DNA of 64,000 nucleotides, from contig JBHGNT010000001.1 in assembly GCA_043228905.1 (NCBI GenBank), positions 16,678,001 through 16,742,000 of the forward strand, read 5' to 3'. The notes under the pieces were generated by a model. It did not search any database and was not told where the DNA came from. It was given only the letters and a program-made list of their open reading frames with translations. The stretch is from Azolla caroliniana (Eukaryota > Plantae > Polypodiophyta). Shown in pieces: positions 12,661 through 24,400 of the stretch. The translations under genes were made by a program, and so were the position numbers. Position 1 is the stretch's first letter. The number at the start of each line of letters is the position of its first letter.

Positions 12661-12888
12661 GAACCAACGAAGGAAACGCCGGTGCTAGAGCAACAAACGG
12701 AGCCACAACCCCAAATGGAGAAGGCACAAACGGAGCAGCCACAGCCACAAACGGAACAACAGCAACAACAGATTCCCAACGAGCCATTGGAAATATTGGA
12801 GCAAAGCATTCTGGACATTTTGGACGAAGCGTAAAAGGGCCGGATAATGGGTTCGACGTACAAGGTATTGTCCCACGGGCGTGCCATG

Positions 12889-13350
12889 TGTTACCGGCTG
12901 GCAAGAAGGCTTAAGGAGGTCCAAACTAGAGTGTGAAAAGGAAGAGTTTATTCGGGAAATGTTGTAATTAGTAGTATTAAAATATATAGTAATATATGAG
13001 AAGATGTGGACAGACGGACTAGAATCGGTATGCCGATCCGGATCCGGACCGATCCCGAAAAGGTGCCGGTTGGCACCGTTTTGTATTTCGCACCGGAGAC
13101 CTATATAAAGGCCCGGTTACAATGTAATCGCGAGCGGATAATTAATAGAGCTTATTGTCTTAATCTGCTAGTGTTGATTACCGTTCTGTATTCATTGTTA
13201 TATCTTACGCGTGTTAATTACGGATTGCTAAGTAACCAATGAAAGTCTAATTAAACGTTGTGTCGTAAGTCATCCTACCGTAACACCCTTTGGTGAAGTG
13301 TCTTAAGTGGACACCCTGTGTTAGGCTATTGTCCAGCCCTAGGATTAACA
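12889..13350 (+). repeat. Middle LTR of B (462 bp)
   Basis: TGTTA...TAACA termini, CCTATATAAA box, followed by a PBS. Confidence 0.92.
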
Positions 13351-13357
13351 CAGTTTT

Positions 13358-13367
13358 TGGCGACCAC
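13358..13367 (+). promoter_or_regulatory. PBS of B (probably tRNA-Arg UCG)
   Basis: TGGCGACCAC, 7 nt after the LTR end. Confidence 0.65.
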
Positions 13368-13528
13368 GATTCCTGCACAATCGCAGTGAACAACGGCAGG
13401 AATGGATGACTAGGCCAACAGACGACCCGGTTACGGAGAGAGCATGAAGACTTGCTGAACGGAGAAGGCAGCGAGAGGTTTTCCAGCAAGCAGCGGAAGA
13501 AATCCGAACGGATCGATCATTTTCCAAA

Positions 13529-14223
13529 GTGATCCGGAAAGTGGCGGAGGAGTCGCTCCGTCTGGAACAAAACGCCTACCCGGACGAAGGAAGCAGCTTA
13601 AGCAGTCTCCGGGAAGCGGAATCCCTTCTCCATCCTTTGGCCGAAAGAGACAGCGAATCCGAAGCATTTTCAGTGCTGGAATCGGATTCGGAAGGGGGTT
13701 ACAACGCGCACACGAACTATCGCAGCAGTAACGACACCCCAGGAGGACCGGAGGACGAGGAGTCGGATACAGTACCGACACTGGAACCAGAGTTGGTAGA
13801 CTGGGAACCTCTGACAGTAGACGTGGAGCAACCTCCGGAGAGGGAAGAAGACAAAGAAAGTCCTCTGGCACCGGAAGTCGAGCCGACAACACCAAGGGAA
13901 GACCGGCAAAGAACTCTGACGCCGGTGGAACTGAAGGAAAGACCACCGACACCGTCAGCCCGCGTACCGATACCGGACGACGACATGTCATTCCAGTACT
14001 CCAAGTATAGGGATGACCCGGACGTGGAGGCTCATGTTCACGCGTTTCAGCAAACGTGGGAGGTGAATCATGTGTCACAACGGTTAACCGCGGCCGAAGA
14101 GGAACGATCTAAGATAGCTGAATTCGGCGTGACATTGGAAGGACCGGCCGCCAAATGGCACCGGACACAGGACCCCAGCACCATCACCACCTTTGCGGAC
14201 TTGAAAGACAAATTCTTGCACTT
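13529..14223 (+). pseudogene. B gag N-terminal part (continues at 20151)
   Basis: Retrotransposon gag motif TLEGPAAKW...FADLKDKFL, interrupted by F. Confidence 0.8.
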
Positions 14224-17200
14224 TGTTGAGCGGCAAGCTCAACCGGAGCCGGATCGGCTGAATAAGCCTAAGCCGGTAAGCAAGATGAATCGGTATGCCG
14301 GTGAGCAACCGAGTCAGTAAGCAGTAAGGACCGGTGAGCTGGGGAGCCGGTATGCCGGATCCAATCCATAACCGGAAGCCTAGTATAGGTTAGACTACTA
14401 GGCAGTTATAGTCTCGTAGTTAGTGTCAGATGCTCGTGTGAGCATTGAAGTACATCGTACTTCTAACAGTCCCGTGTGGACTTGTATAAATAGCGCTGAT
14501 GAGCACGTTGTAGATATAGAGCACAGAGTATTCATACAATTTTGAAGAATAGTGTGTCCTGCTCTCTCTCTCTCTCTCTTTCTCTTTGTGTATTGTTCTT
14601 TCTAATGCTTCCGCAAGCAATCTGTAACATGGTATCAGAGCGCGTGGGTTGAGAACCTCTGCTGCAGACATCTACGCTTGTGAAGGAAACCCTAATAGAT
14701 CGGAAAACATACACAAAAGGAGAAATGGACAGAGGTATGGCTACGTCGCTCCCGGTGGAGAAGCTCGACAGAACCAACTACGCATCTTGGTCATACAAGA
14801 TGCACTAGTACCTGCTTGGGCATGGCTACTGGAGTTATGTCGATGGAGTGAACGACTCAGCACCGGAGACGACACACAAGGACTTCCCAGTGTGGGAACA
14901 GGCGGCAAGCAGGGTGATGTACTGCTTCGCGTCCAGTGTCGGTGACCAACTGCTCAGCCATATCCGTGACGCCAAGACACCGAAGGATGCTTGGGGAAAC
15001 TTGAAAAAGTTCTTCGCCGCAAGCACCACTGCTCGGAAGCTGCAACTCAGACAGGAGTTGAGCAATGTTCGACAGAAGAACATGTCGGTGGCAGATTACA
15101 CAGACCGGATCAAAGGGATTTGTGACTCGCTTGCCTCTATTAACATCACCGTAGAGGAAGACGAGATGGTGCAGGTTTGTCTTGGAGGCCTGGCGTCCAA
15201 GTTCGGAGCTTTCCGGACTGCGGTTTGTACAAGGGAGAATACGCCCTCATTTTTCGACTTACAGTCGATGCTCCTTGTAGAGGAGAACCATGCTGGTGCA
15301 TCTACCATTGCATCCCCAGACAGCCGGATGCTGTACACGGGAGCAGATCGGTCCCGCGGGCGTGGTGGATGAGGCAGGTCGGCACGCAATGGAGGCGGCC
15401 GACAAGAGCAGGAACGAAGGCACAGTGAGCGTGCCGACAGCAGTTCTGGGACTTCCACAAGCAAGGGGAGTCAAGGTGGTGTTGGAGGCCGGCAAGACAA
15501 ATCCGCTACAAAATGTTGGTACTGTGGCAAAAAGGGCCATAGGGAAAGCGAGTGCTAGAGAAAGCGTGCCGATTTGGACAAATCCGGATCCGGCAAGACC
15601 GGTAAGGAAGGCCAGCAAAGCTCGCACTATGCAAACGGATCGGGAGGATCCAAGAACGGTAAGGGGCCAGCCTTGATGATGAAGCACAAGGCAAACTCAA
15701 TGAAGAAGACCACTTCCAAATTAGAGGAAGTGTGGTACGTTGACTCCGCGCATCGAACCACATGACGAGCCACGAGGAGTGGTTCTCCTTTTTGGTGAAG
15801 CCGGATCAACCGGGAGTTGTCGAAACCGGAGACGACACTCCCCACCCGATCGTGCACGTCGGAGAAGTTCCTTTGAGCCACGTTGGACAGAGGGGGAAGC
15901 TGATGAATGTATTATATGTTCCGACAATCACGAAGAACCTGGTGTCGGTTGGACAGATCGTCGACCAGGGGATGCAGGTGCGGTTTACGCACCTCGGGTG
16001 CTTCATTGAGGATGAGGGCGAAGTTATTGCGCAAGGGCGCAGAGATGGGAGGATGTTTATACTCAACACCAATGACGTCGGCACCGCACTATTCGCCAAA
16101 GGACAGAAGGTCGAGTCGGATATCGACCTGTGGCACAAGCGGATCGGCCACGTCAACTACCGGAGGCTTCAAGACCTGCAAATGGAACAAGTCATTTTCG
16201 GTTTGCTGAAGTTTAGCGGCTGGAGAGCCCAGATTTGTGAAGCCTGCCAACTCGGGAAGCAACACCGGCTTCCATTCCCCACCGAAAGAAATCGAAGCCA
16301 TAACAAGCTTGATCTTATCCATTCGGATGTGTGGGGACCAGCACAAAATGTTAGCATTGGCGGGAGTCGATATTTCGTCTCCTTCATCGACGACTACACG
16401 TGGCATACGTGGATCTACCTCATTGAGCGGAAGAGCGAAGTCTTCGATTGTTTCCGGAGCCTCCAGAAGATGGTGGAACGGGAATCGGAGAGGAAGATCA
16501 AATGCCTACGGTCGGATGGCGGAAAAGGGTACTTTTCTGGCCAATTCAACAACTATCTGCAACAAAATGGAATTCGGCGAGAATTCAACTGCAGATACAC
16601 ACCGCAACAGAACGGTGTGGCCGAAAGGAAGAATCGGTTGCTGATTGACGCGGCTAGGGCAATGCTGGAGGAAAAGAGCATGCCCAAGTTCTACTGGGCG
16701 GAGGCGGTCCAAACGGCCGTTTACATCCAGAACCGAATCGAGGACAAGGTGTCACCTCCAGATATTCGGCAACATAGCCTATGTACATGTGCCGGATGAG
16801 AAGCGGAGAAAGCTGGATGCAAAATCGGAAAAATGAATCCTAGTTAGCTATGCTCAAGAGCAAAAGGGGTATAAGTGTTATAACCCCCGGACGAAGCAGG
16901 TCCGAGTCAGCTCAGATGTCGAGTTTGATGAATCGGCATCGTGGTATTCCTTACCGATTCCGACTTCCGATCCCGACCCAATGTCGGAGGATGGGGCTAG
17001 TGAGCCCGAACCGGCCTAGGTAGAGAAAGATGAAGCCGGGACTCAAGATGAGAGTCCGGAATCGTTCTGGTTAAGTGAACCGAATGAGAGACTTGGATCA
17101 GTCCAACTAGTTGGATGATGAGACGGCGAGTAGTGGAGACTCTATCGTGGTCTCCCTGCGCAAGGAAATGAGGAGACGGTTCACACGCAAAGAGAAAGGG

Positions 17201-20049
17201 AAGCAGAAGATGCCGGAATTTGAGACCGGCAATGATGAGTCGGATCGGTGCGTATCTGACTTCGGCAAGGACATAGGTAGATCTTCGGGAACGAAGACCG
17301 AACCGGCCAAGAAGGGTCTCATACCGGGTAACGATGAGTTACGCCGGTCCACCCGCTAGAAGGATCCCGTTAAACGGTACGGGTATAAGGAGTACATGGC
17401 GCATCATTATGCGTACATGACCAAGGTCGCAGAAGTGCGTGAGCTGGAGAGCTACGCAGAAGCGGCAAAGGACGCAAATTGGTGTGCTGCTATGGAGGAA
17501 GAAATGCGGGCACTGGATGCCAACGGAACTTGGGACCTGCTTGACCCTCCCCGTCAGTGTAAACCGATCGGATGCAAGTGGATGTACAAGGTAAAGTACA
17601 ATGCCGATGGTACAGTTAACCGGTACAAGGCCCGGTTAGTGGCGAAGGGATATGCGCAGACCCACGGAACGACTACGACGAGACCTTCGCTCTTGTAGCG
17701 AAGATGACGATGGTTCATGTGGTACTGGCGGTTGCTGCAGCAAGGGGGTGGCATCTTCATTAGATGGATGTGAAGAATGCCTTCCTTCAAGGAGATCTTG
17801 AAGAAGAAGTCTTTATGACTCAACCCCCCAGATTTTAGTCGGAGGTGAATAAGTCGGCGGTATGCCAGCTGAGGAAGTCGTTGTACGGCTTGAAGCAAGC
17901 CCCCCGTGCTTGGAATGCTAAGATCACACACCAGTTGCGAAAGATGGGGTTTGTTTCCTCCAAGTCGGACTCTTCCCTGTTCATCCATCAAGGCTCAAAC
18001 AGTCCGGTATGTATCTTACTCTATGTTGATGATTTAGTCATCACCGGCCCAGGTCTTCCGGAAATCAACCGCGTCAAGTCCTAGTTGTCGGACACATTCG
18101 ATATGAAGGACTTGGGGGACCTTCATTATTTTTTGGGGATCGAGGTGATCCGCACCCTCGACGGTATATTGCTTTCTCAACGCCATTATGTGTTGAATAT
18201 AATATACAAGTTCGGCATGACGGAATGCCGACCTATCTCCACACCCCTGGACCGGAATCAGAAGATCCGTCCCAACTCCGAACCAGCCTGCGATGAGAAA
18301 CGGTTCCGACAAATAGTTAGAAGCCTGATCTACTTGACCATCACCCGACCCGACATTAGCTATCCGGTCGAAGTGGTAAGCCAATTCATGCAGAAGCCGA
18401 CCGTGGAGCACCTTGAGTGCGCGCAACGAATACTGAGGTATGTAAGCGGCACTAAGGACCGGGGGCTCTTATACCGGCAAGGTATAACCGAAGAGCTTGT
18501 CGGCTACACGGATGCCGCCTGGGCTGGCGATGCAATGGATTGTCACTCAACTTCCGGCTTTATGTTTTCTCTTGGGAGCACGGCTGTTGCGTGAGCAGCA
18601 AAAAGCAGCCAACAGTGGCTCTATCCAGCACTGAGGCTGAATACCGGGGCGCGACTGTTGCCACCTGCGAAACCATTTGGCTTCGGCGACTACTGCAAGA
18701 ACTGCGGATCGAGGTACCGACCCCGATCCTGATCTACTACGATAACCTCAGCAGCATGCAGATCGCCAAGAACCCTGTGTTCCATGCTCGCACAAAGCAC
18801 ATAGAAGTGCATTATCACTTCGTGCGTGAGCGGGTCCTGAGCGGTGAAGTTGAACTCCGGTATGTTCACACGGATCGGCAAGTTTCCGACATCTTCACCA
18901 AGCCGCTCGGGTCAGACAAGTTGCAGCACTTTACCGAAATGCTTGGTATTCAGCATCTCAACGTGCCGCACTTGATGGGGAGACGCAAGGGCAATGACAC
19001 TACCGAAACGACAATGACACTTGAGGCAAAAAAAAACTGTTGGACCTGTAGGTAAGAGAAGAACTGGTAGAGGTGGAGACAAGAAGAAAAATGAAGCCGA
19101 GTCGATGAAGGAAGTCGGCACATCCGAACAGGTCGGAGTGAGCGGCTGTGAAGAAGAAGTGTACACTCAGGAAGAGAAGTGCATGCTATGCGAAGGTCAT
19201 CACGATCGTAATGGCCATGATGCGGAGTCGAATGAAGAATTCGACTTCGGTGAACCGGCTGAAGAAGCCAAGGGAAGCACGGAGAAGGCCAAGACCTGGA
19301 CGTGGTCCGATGTGGTGAGAGGCCTGAAACCGAAAATCGAATTGGAGGATACCGAGTCGGACAAGAGCTGGAATGAGTCGGAGACAACCGATACGGATCA
19401 ACAGACAGATCCAGATGAGTTGGATCAACGAGAGGCCAAGGAGACACGGACGCAGTGGAAGTCAATGCCATCGCGGGGGAACCGACGGATCGGCAAGCGC
19501 CAGAGTCATAGTAGCGAAGGAGCTGAGATGGGCCTATTGAGTAGACATGCCGAAGGTCGAGGCGCGCAGAACCAAAGGGGTCGCGGCAAACGGGACCGGA
19601 CCCGACAAGGAGCGCGAGCAAGGCGAAGCGACGCCAAGAGAAGTCGGTTGGAAGAATCGGCTGCCACAGAGGTTGACACTACGACCCTACCTCAGGTTGA
19701 GCTTGAGGGGGAGTGTTGAACGACAAGCTCAACCGGAGCCGGATCGGCTGAATAAGCTTGAGCCGGTAAGCAAGATGAATCAGTATGCCGGTGAGCAACC
19801 GAGCCAGTAAGCAGTAAGGACCGGTGAGCTGGGGAGCCGGTATGCCGGATCCAATCCGTAACCGGAAGCCTAGTATAGGTTAGACTACCTGGCAGTTATA
19901 GTCTCGTAGTTAGTGTCAGATGCTCGTGTGAGCATTGAAGTACACCGTACTTCTAACAGTCCCGTGTGGACTTGTATAAATAACATTGATGAGCGCGTTG
20001 TAGATATAGAGCACAGAGTATTCATATAATTTTGAAGAATAGTGTGTCC

Positions 20050-20082
<33 letters not shown>

Positions 20083-20145
20083 GCGTACTCTCTCTCTCTC
20101 TTTGTGTATTGTTCTTTCGAACGCTTCCGCAAGCAATCTTTAACA
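14224..20145 (+). mobile_element. Copia element F, full length, decayed
   Basis: LTRs 14224-14629 and 19714-20145, PBS TGGTATCAGAGC 14630-14641, PPT GAGGGGGAG, TSD CACTT (14219-14223/20146-20150). Confidence 0.95.
14725..19719 (+). pseudogene. F gag-pol with C-terminal extension
   Basis: gag, CWYCGKKGH knuckle, WYVDS protease, integrase (IHSDVWGP, QNGVAERKN), RT (LYVDD), RNase H (SSTEAEY, HARTKHIEV). Confidence 0.92.
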
Positions 20146-20150
20146 CACTT

Positions 20151-21496
20151 CTTTCAGAAGGAGGTGGACCAGAGAGAAATGGTGGGCCTATTCTATACCA
20201 TTCGGCAGGACCCCGGGGAGAGCATTCCGCAGTTGTCATCCGTTTTCAACGGATGCATAGTCAGCTTACCCGCGCACCTCCGGAGGAAGAAACACGGGCT
20301 AAATTTTTGGCCGCGCTCCGAGAACCTCTACGAACGGTATGCACGGTCATCGACTTTCGCACAAGCACCGTCGGCCAGGCCATCAACCGGGTTAGAGAAA
20401 TGGAAAAAATGAGCTCTTGGCTAACAATGGGAGCCCTCCAACGAGCGTTACCAACCGATGAGGATCTCTGTTTCCGGCAAGCAATCCAATGCACGACCTG
20501 CTTGAATTTTGAACACTCGTCACTGGAGTGCACCATGCGGACGCACTGCTTACTCTGCCACTCTACGAGCCACACGATGGATCAGTGCGAATATAACTTA
20601 TTGAATCAGCAAGCACCACCAGTTCGGCAAATCGTGCCACGTAGCCGCCGAGACGTAGAAGACGAACGTTGGCGGCGAGAGGTGTGATATCGACCGGCAC
20701 AGAATGTCCGGTACGACGATTGGTGAGACAATTATGACCGGTACAAGAGATATGACAGGTATCAAGATTACAATGGACGGTATGAGCATCACAACCGGGA
20801 TCACTCCCCCGGGTATCACCAACGACGGGAAGATTACGGGAGATATGACGAGCAACCCTGTCAAGGGTACTGCAACAAAAAGAACTTTAATAAAAAATGG
20901 CATTTCAAAAAAGGGAGCCACCCACGTGAACCGGAAAATGGCGCCTCAAGTAGCCAACCGGACCAAAGCCCCGCGGTTACTGCAGGTCCTCCACTGGGTA
21001 CAGGAAACAATGCCGAATCCAGCAATACCTGGAAAGCATATTGCTACTATTGCCGGCAAGAAGGACATTATAGTAATCAATGTCCGGCAAAGAGCTATGA
21101 CAAGCGATCGGCAGTAAACATGGTAGTCGCCGAAGTCGCGGACCTGTAGCAGGTTACCACAAGGTCGAAGGGCAAGACGACGGAATGGGTGAAAAAGTCA
21201 AATGAACGAAACATAGCAGAACTTGCGCAGCAAAAGGAGAACACCGAAGAGCTCGCCGGCGGTAGTCAAACCGAAAATGCGACATGGCAAGCATTGCAAG
21301 AGTGCCAAATCACGCTGCCGTTAGGACGGCTCCTGCAACTAGTGCCCAGGTTCACAGAAGGACTCAAGACAGGCATGACGGCAGGAGAAACACCACCGGC
21401 ACCAGCATTCTTCTCAAATCCGGAGGAGGGACCGGCGGTGGTAGACACAAACAGTCCGGCAATCACGACCATCGTGAAGGGAAAAGAGTTACCCGG
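20151..21496 (+). pseudogene. B gag C-terminal part and start of protease
   Basis: Zinc knuckles (CTTC..H..C, CLLC..H..C, CYYC..GH..C); joins 25746 in frame as LPGTVIDGGS. Confidence 0.8.
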
Positions 21497-24400
21497 TGTC
21501 GGGATATTATGCAAGTGCGTGTGGAATCGAGGCGGGACCGCGGGGGTCTCGAACCAAAGAGCAAGCGAGGGAGGGGAAAGAGAGAGAACCGGCTACGCAG
21601 GACCGGGGGTACACAGGGACACGGCCCTTCAGCACGGAGAACACGAACAGACACCGACACAGACAGATGCGAATGGCTAAATGTGTATATTAAGAAAAAC
21701 GGCTAACACGACTACAACCCTCGACGGGGCACAGGTTGGTTACGACCGAACAGGCCGGCGAACAGATGCCGATGCCTGTTCACCTCGACGCTCAAAGGGG
21801 CTGTAGCTGGTCGGAGGTGCTGCCGGAAGCACTCGGGCGTTCCTCGAAAACAGCGCGAGCCTCCTCGGAACCCTGCACGGAAAGCTATGGAGCTCAAGAA
21901 GGAAGGAAACAGAGAGCGAAGCGTCCAGAAACGGTCCGGCAGCACTTCGTCCTCTCTGCGCGAGATATATCCCTGCAACAGCTCTTTCCCGCTCCTTATA
22001 TAGGCCGACGAGCAGGCCGTCCTGTCAGCTTTATTCCCTGTCCCTTTTGGACAGGGATCCGCTCCGTTTTTCACGCATCCGCGTAGTTACGCCGCCGACT
22101 TGTACAGTTCGCGCGCGCGACCGAAAAGACTGTTCGCGCGGTCTTTGTCTCCACTTGAGTTAGGGCCCGTTCCTGCCGATTATCCTCCTAATTCGCTTCT
22201 ATGTACTACTTGGAGCGTGCGCGCGTGAAGAACCGGTTCCCACGCCTTGGTGCGCCGATTCCGCCTATGGACGGTTTTCTTCACGACATCCGCCCCCACC
22301 TAACCGCGCATCCTCCGGTATGCGCCAAGAGAGTTGGGACGGAGAAAACCGGCCCGTCTTCATTCCTCGCCCATCGGTTCTTCCTCGTTTTCGGATCGTT
22401 CGTCACTGCCGACCAGGAGAGCCGGGTCTGGCTCGTCGTCGTGTCGCTTCTTGAACGCTTTGATCCGTTTCCCTGCAACCGGTATCGTCATTCTCGTGCC
22501 GTCGAGTTCCGCCAGGTGGTATGTCCCGTTGTCATTGGCGCTCCGTACCACGTAAGGCCCGAACCACCTTCGTGCGAACTTCCGTGTAGCTCGGTGCTGG
22601 TTGTCGAGGCTGCTATCGTAGACGAGCACCCAGTCACCTTCTTCGATTTTCTTCGGTCGGAGCCGGTGCGTTCGGTCGAACCTGGCTTTGTTCTTTCTCC
22701 TCGCCACTCGGAGCTTCTCCGCAGCCAGTTCCACGTCCTCCGGTCTCCGCTCGAGCTGTCGTATGCGCGCGGCCAACAACTCCTCCCGGCTCATCTCGTC
22801 CCTCCAGTCGACCGTTGCCCACGAGGAGATCGTCCGTTCCATCGGCATGATCGGCTTCTGGCCGAACATGAGCTCCGTCGGCATGTACCCGGTTACCGAA
22901 CTGTGCGTGGTCCGGTCCGCCCACAAAGCATAAGGTAGCAGCCGCGGCCAGTTACCGACTCGGCCTCTGCATGCCCGAACCAACGCCTTGACGATCGGTC
23001 CGTGTCCGCGCTCCACCTTTCCATTCGCCTCCGGATTGTACGCAGTGGTGAGCGAGAGCTTGACTCCCAGCCGGTCGAACAGCTCCGCGGCTTCTTCGGC
23101 GTCCAACTCCCCTCGGTCAGCCACGATCTTTCCGACGCACCCATACCGGCATATCACGTCCTCGACTAGGAACCGGCATACGGCCGCGGTTGTTTTGTTC
23201 GGAAGGGCCCGGCCTTCCACCTGGTTCGTCAGATCCTCCCGCGCTAGGACCAGGTACCGCATCTGTCCTACTCCCATTGGCATCGTCACCAGATCTACCA
23301 TCCATTTGAAGTGGATGGTCGGAGGGTACGTGGGGTGAAGCTCGTCCCGATGTCGGACTGTGGAGTGCATCTGACAGCTCTCGCAAGTTGTCACGAACCG
23401 ATGCACGTCCTGGTACTGCCCCGGCCACCAATACTTCCCCTTCAGTTTCTCAAACGTAGCCCATGTTCCACGGTGTCCAGCCCAAGGGCTGTCGTGGTAG
23501 GCCGTCAGCAGCTCCTCCTGTTCTTCCTTCATCGCCACCACCCGGAGCGGAACGCCGTCCTTCTTCTTCGGGTGCTTCCATAGACAGCTATCCCGGAGAA
23601 AGAACCGGTACGCTTTCTTCCGGATCCGGTCGGCCTCGTCCTTCGTCCATGACGCATCGGGCGTCATTGTCTTCAGAAACCCACCGATCTGCAGCCACTC
23701 CCCGTCGTACTTGCTCGCGTCGAAGTCGTTAAGCGCCGGAGTGCTTGTTCCGTCTGTTGTTACATACGCAGTCTCGAAGAAGTCCACGCCGACGTCTTCG
23801 TCCTCCGAAACCATGCCGCCCTCGTCATCGAATCTTGCCCTTGAAAGCATGTCGGCCATGGCGTTGTCTTTCCCGGAAATGTGTCGTATTACCGGGTCTA
23901 GGGACTTGATATACGCTATCCACCTGAGCATTGCCAGGTCCGGCGTCGCGCATCCGGAAATCATGCCGAGAATCGGCATGCAATCCGTCTCTATGATTAC
24001 CTCCGTCCCGATCAGATAGTCCTTGTCGGCCTTCACCGCCGAAACGACACCCCAGAGTTCGCGTTTAACCTGGGCGTATCCTCGCTGCCGTTCGCTGAGG
24101 ACCTTCGCACCGAATCGGATCGGGAACCGATTGCCGTCCTCGTCTTCTTCCAGCGCCGCTCCTCCGGTTGAGCCTCTGACTATGCCGGTCGAAGCCGAAC
24201 CGGTTTCCAACCACTCTCGGGTCTCTTCCTTTCGCACCTGTGGCGCTGGTTCGAACTTCCTTGCTGCGACCGAGCCCGACCCGGTTACCCCGTTATCCGC
24301 CCATTCTCGCCGTTTGTCGAAACGGCCACAGACCTTCTTGACAGCCGCCCAGTCGGTAGTGAGCCCATCTTCGGTTTCCAGCAAGAGGCCCACTTGCTCC

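Noticed and set aside
20052-20100. (CT)n and (TA)n microsatellites (also ~8307, ~14562, ~51561)
   Set aside because: Ordinary LTR-internal simple repeats that explain LTR length differences.
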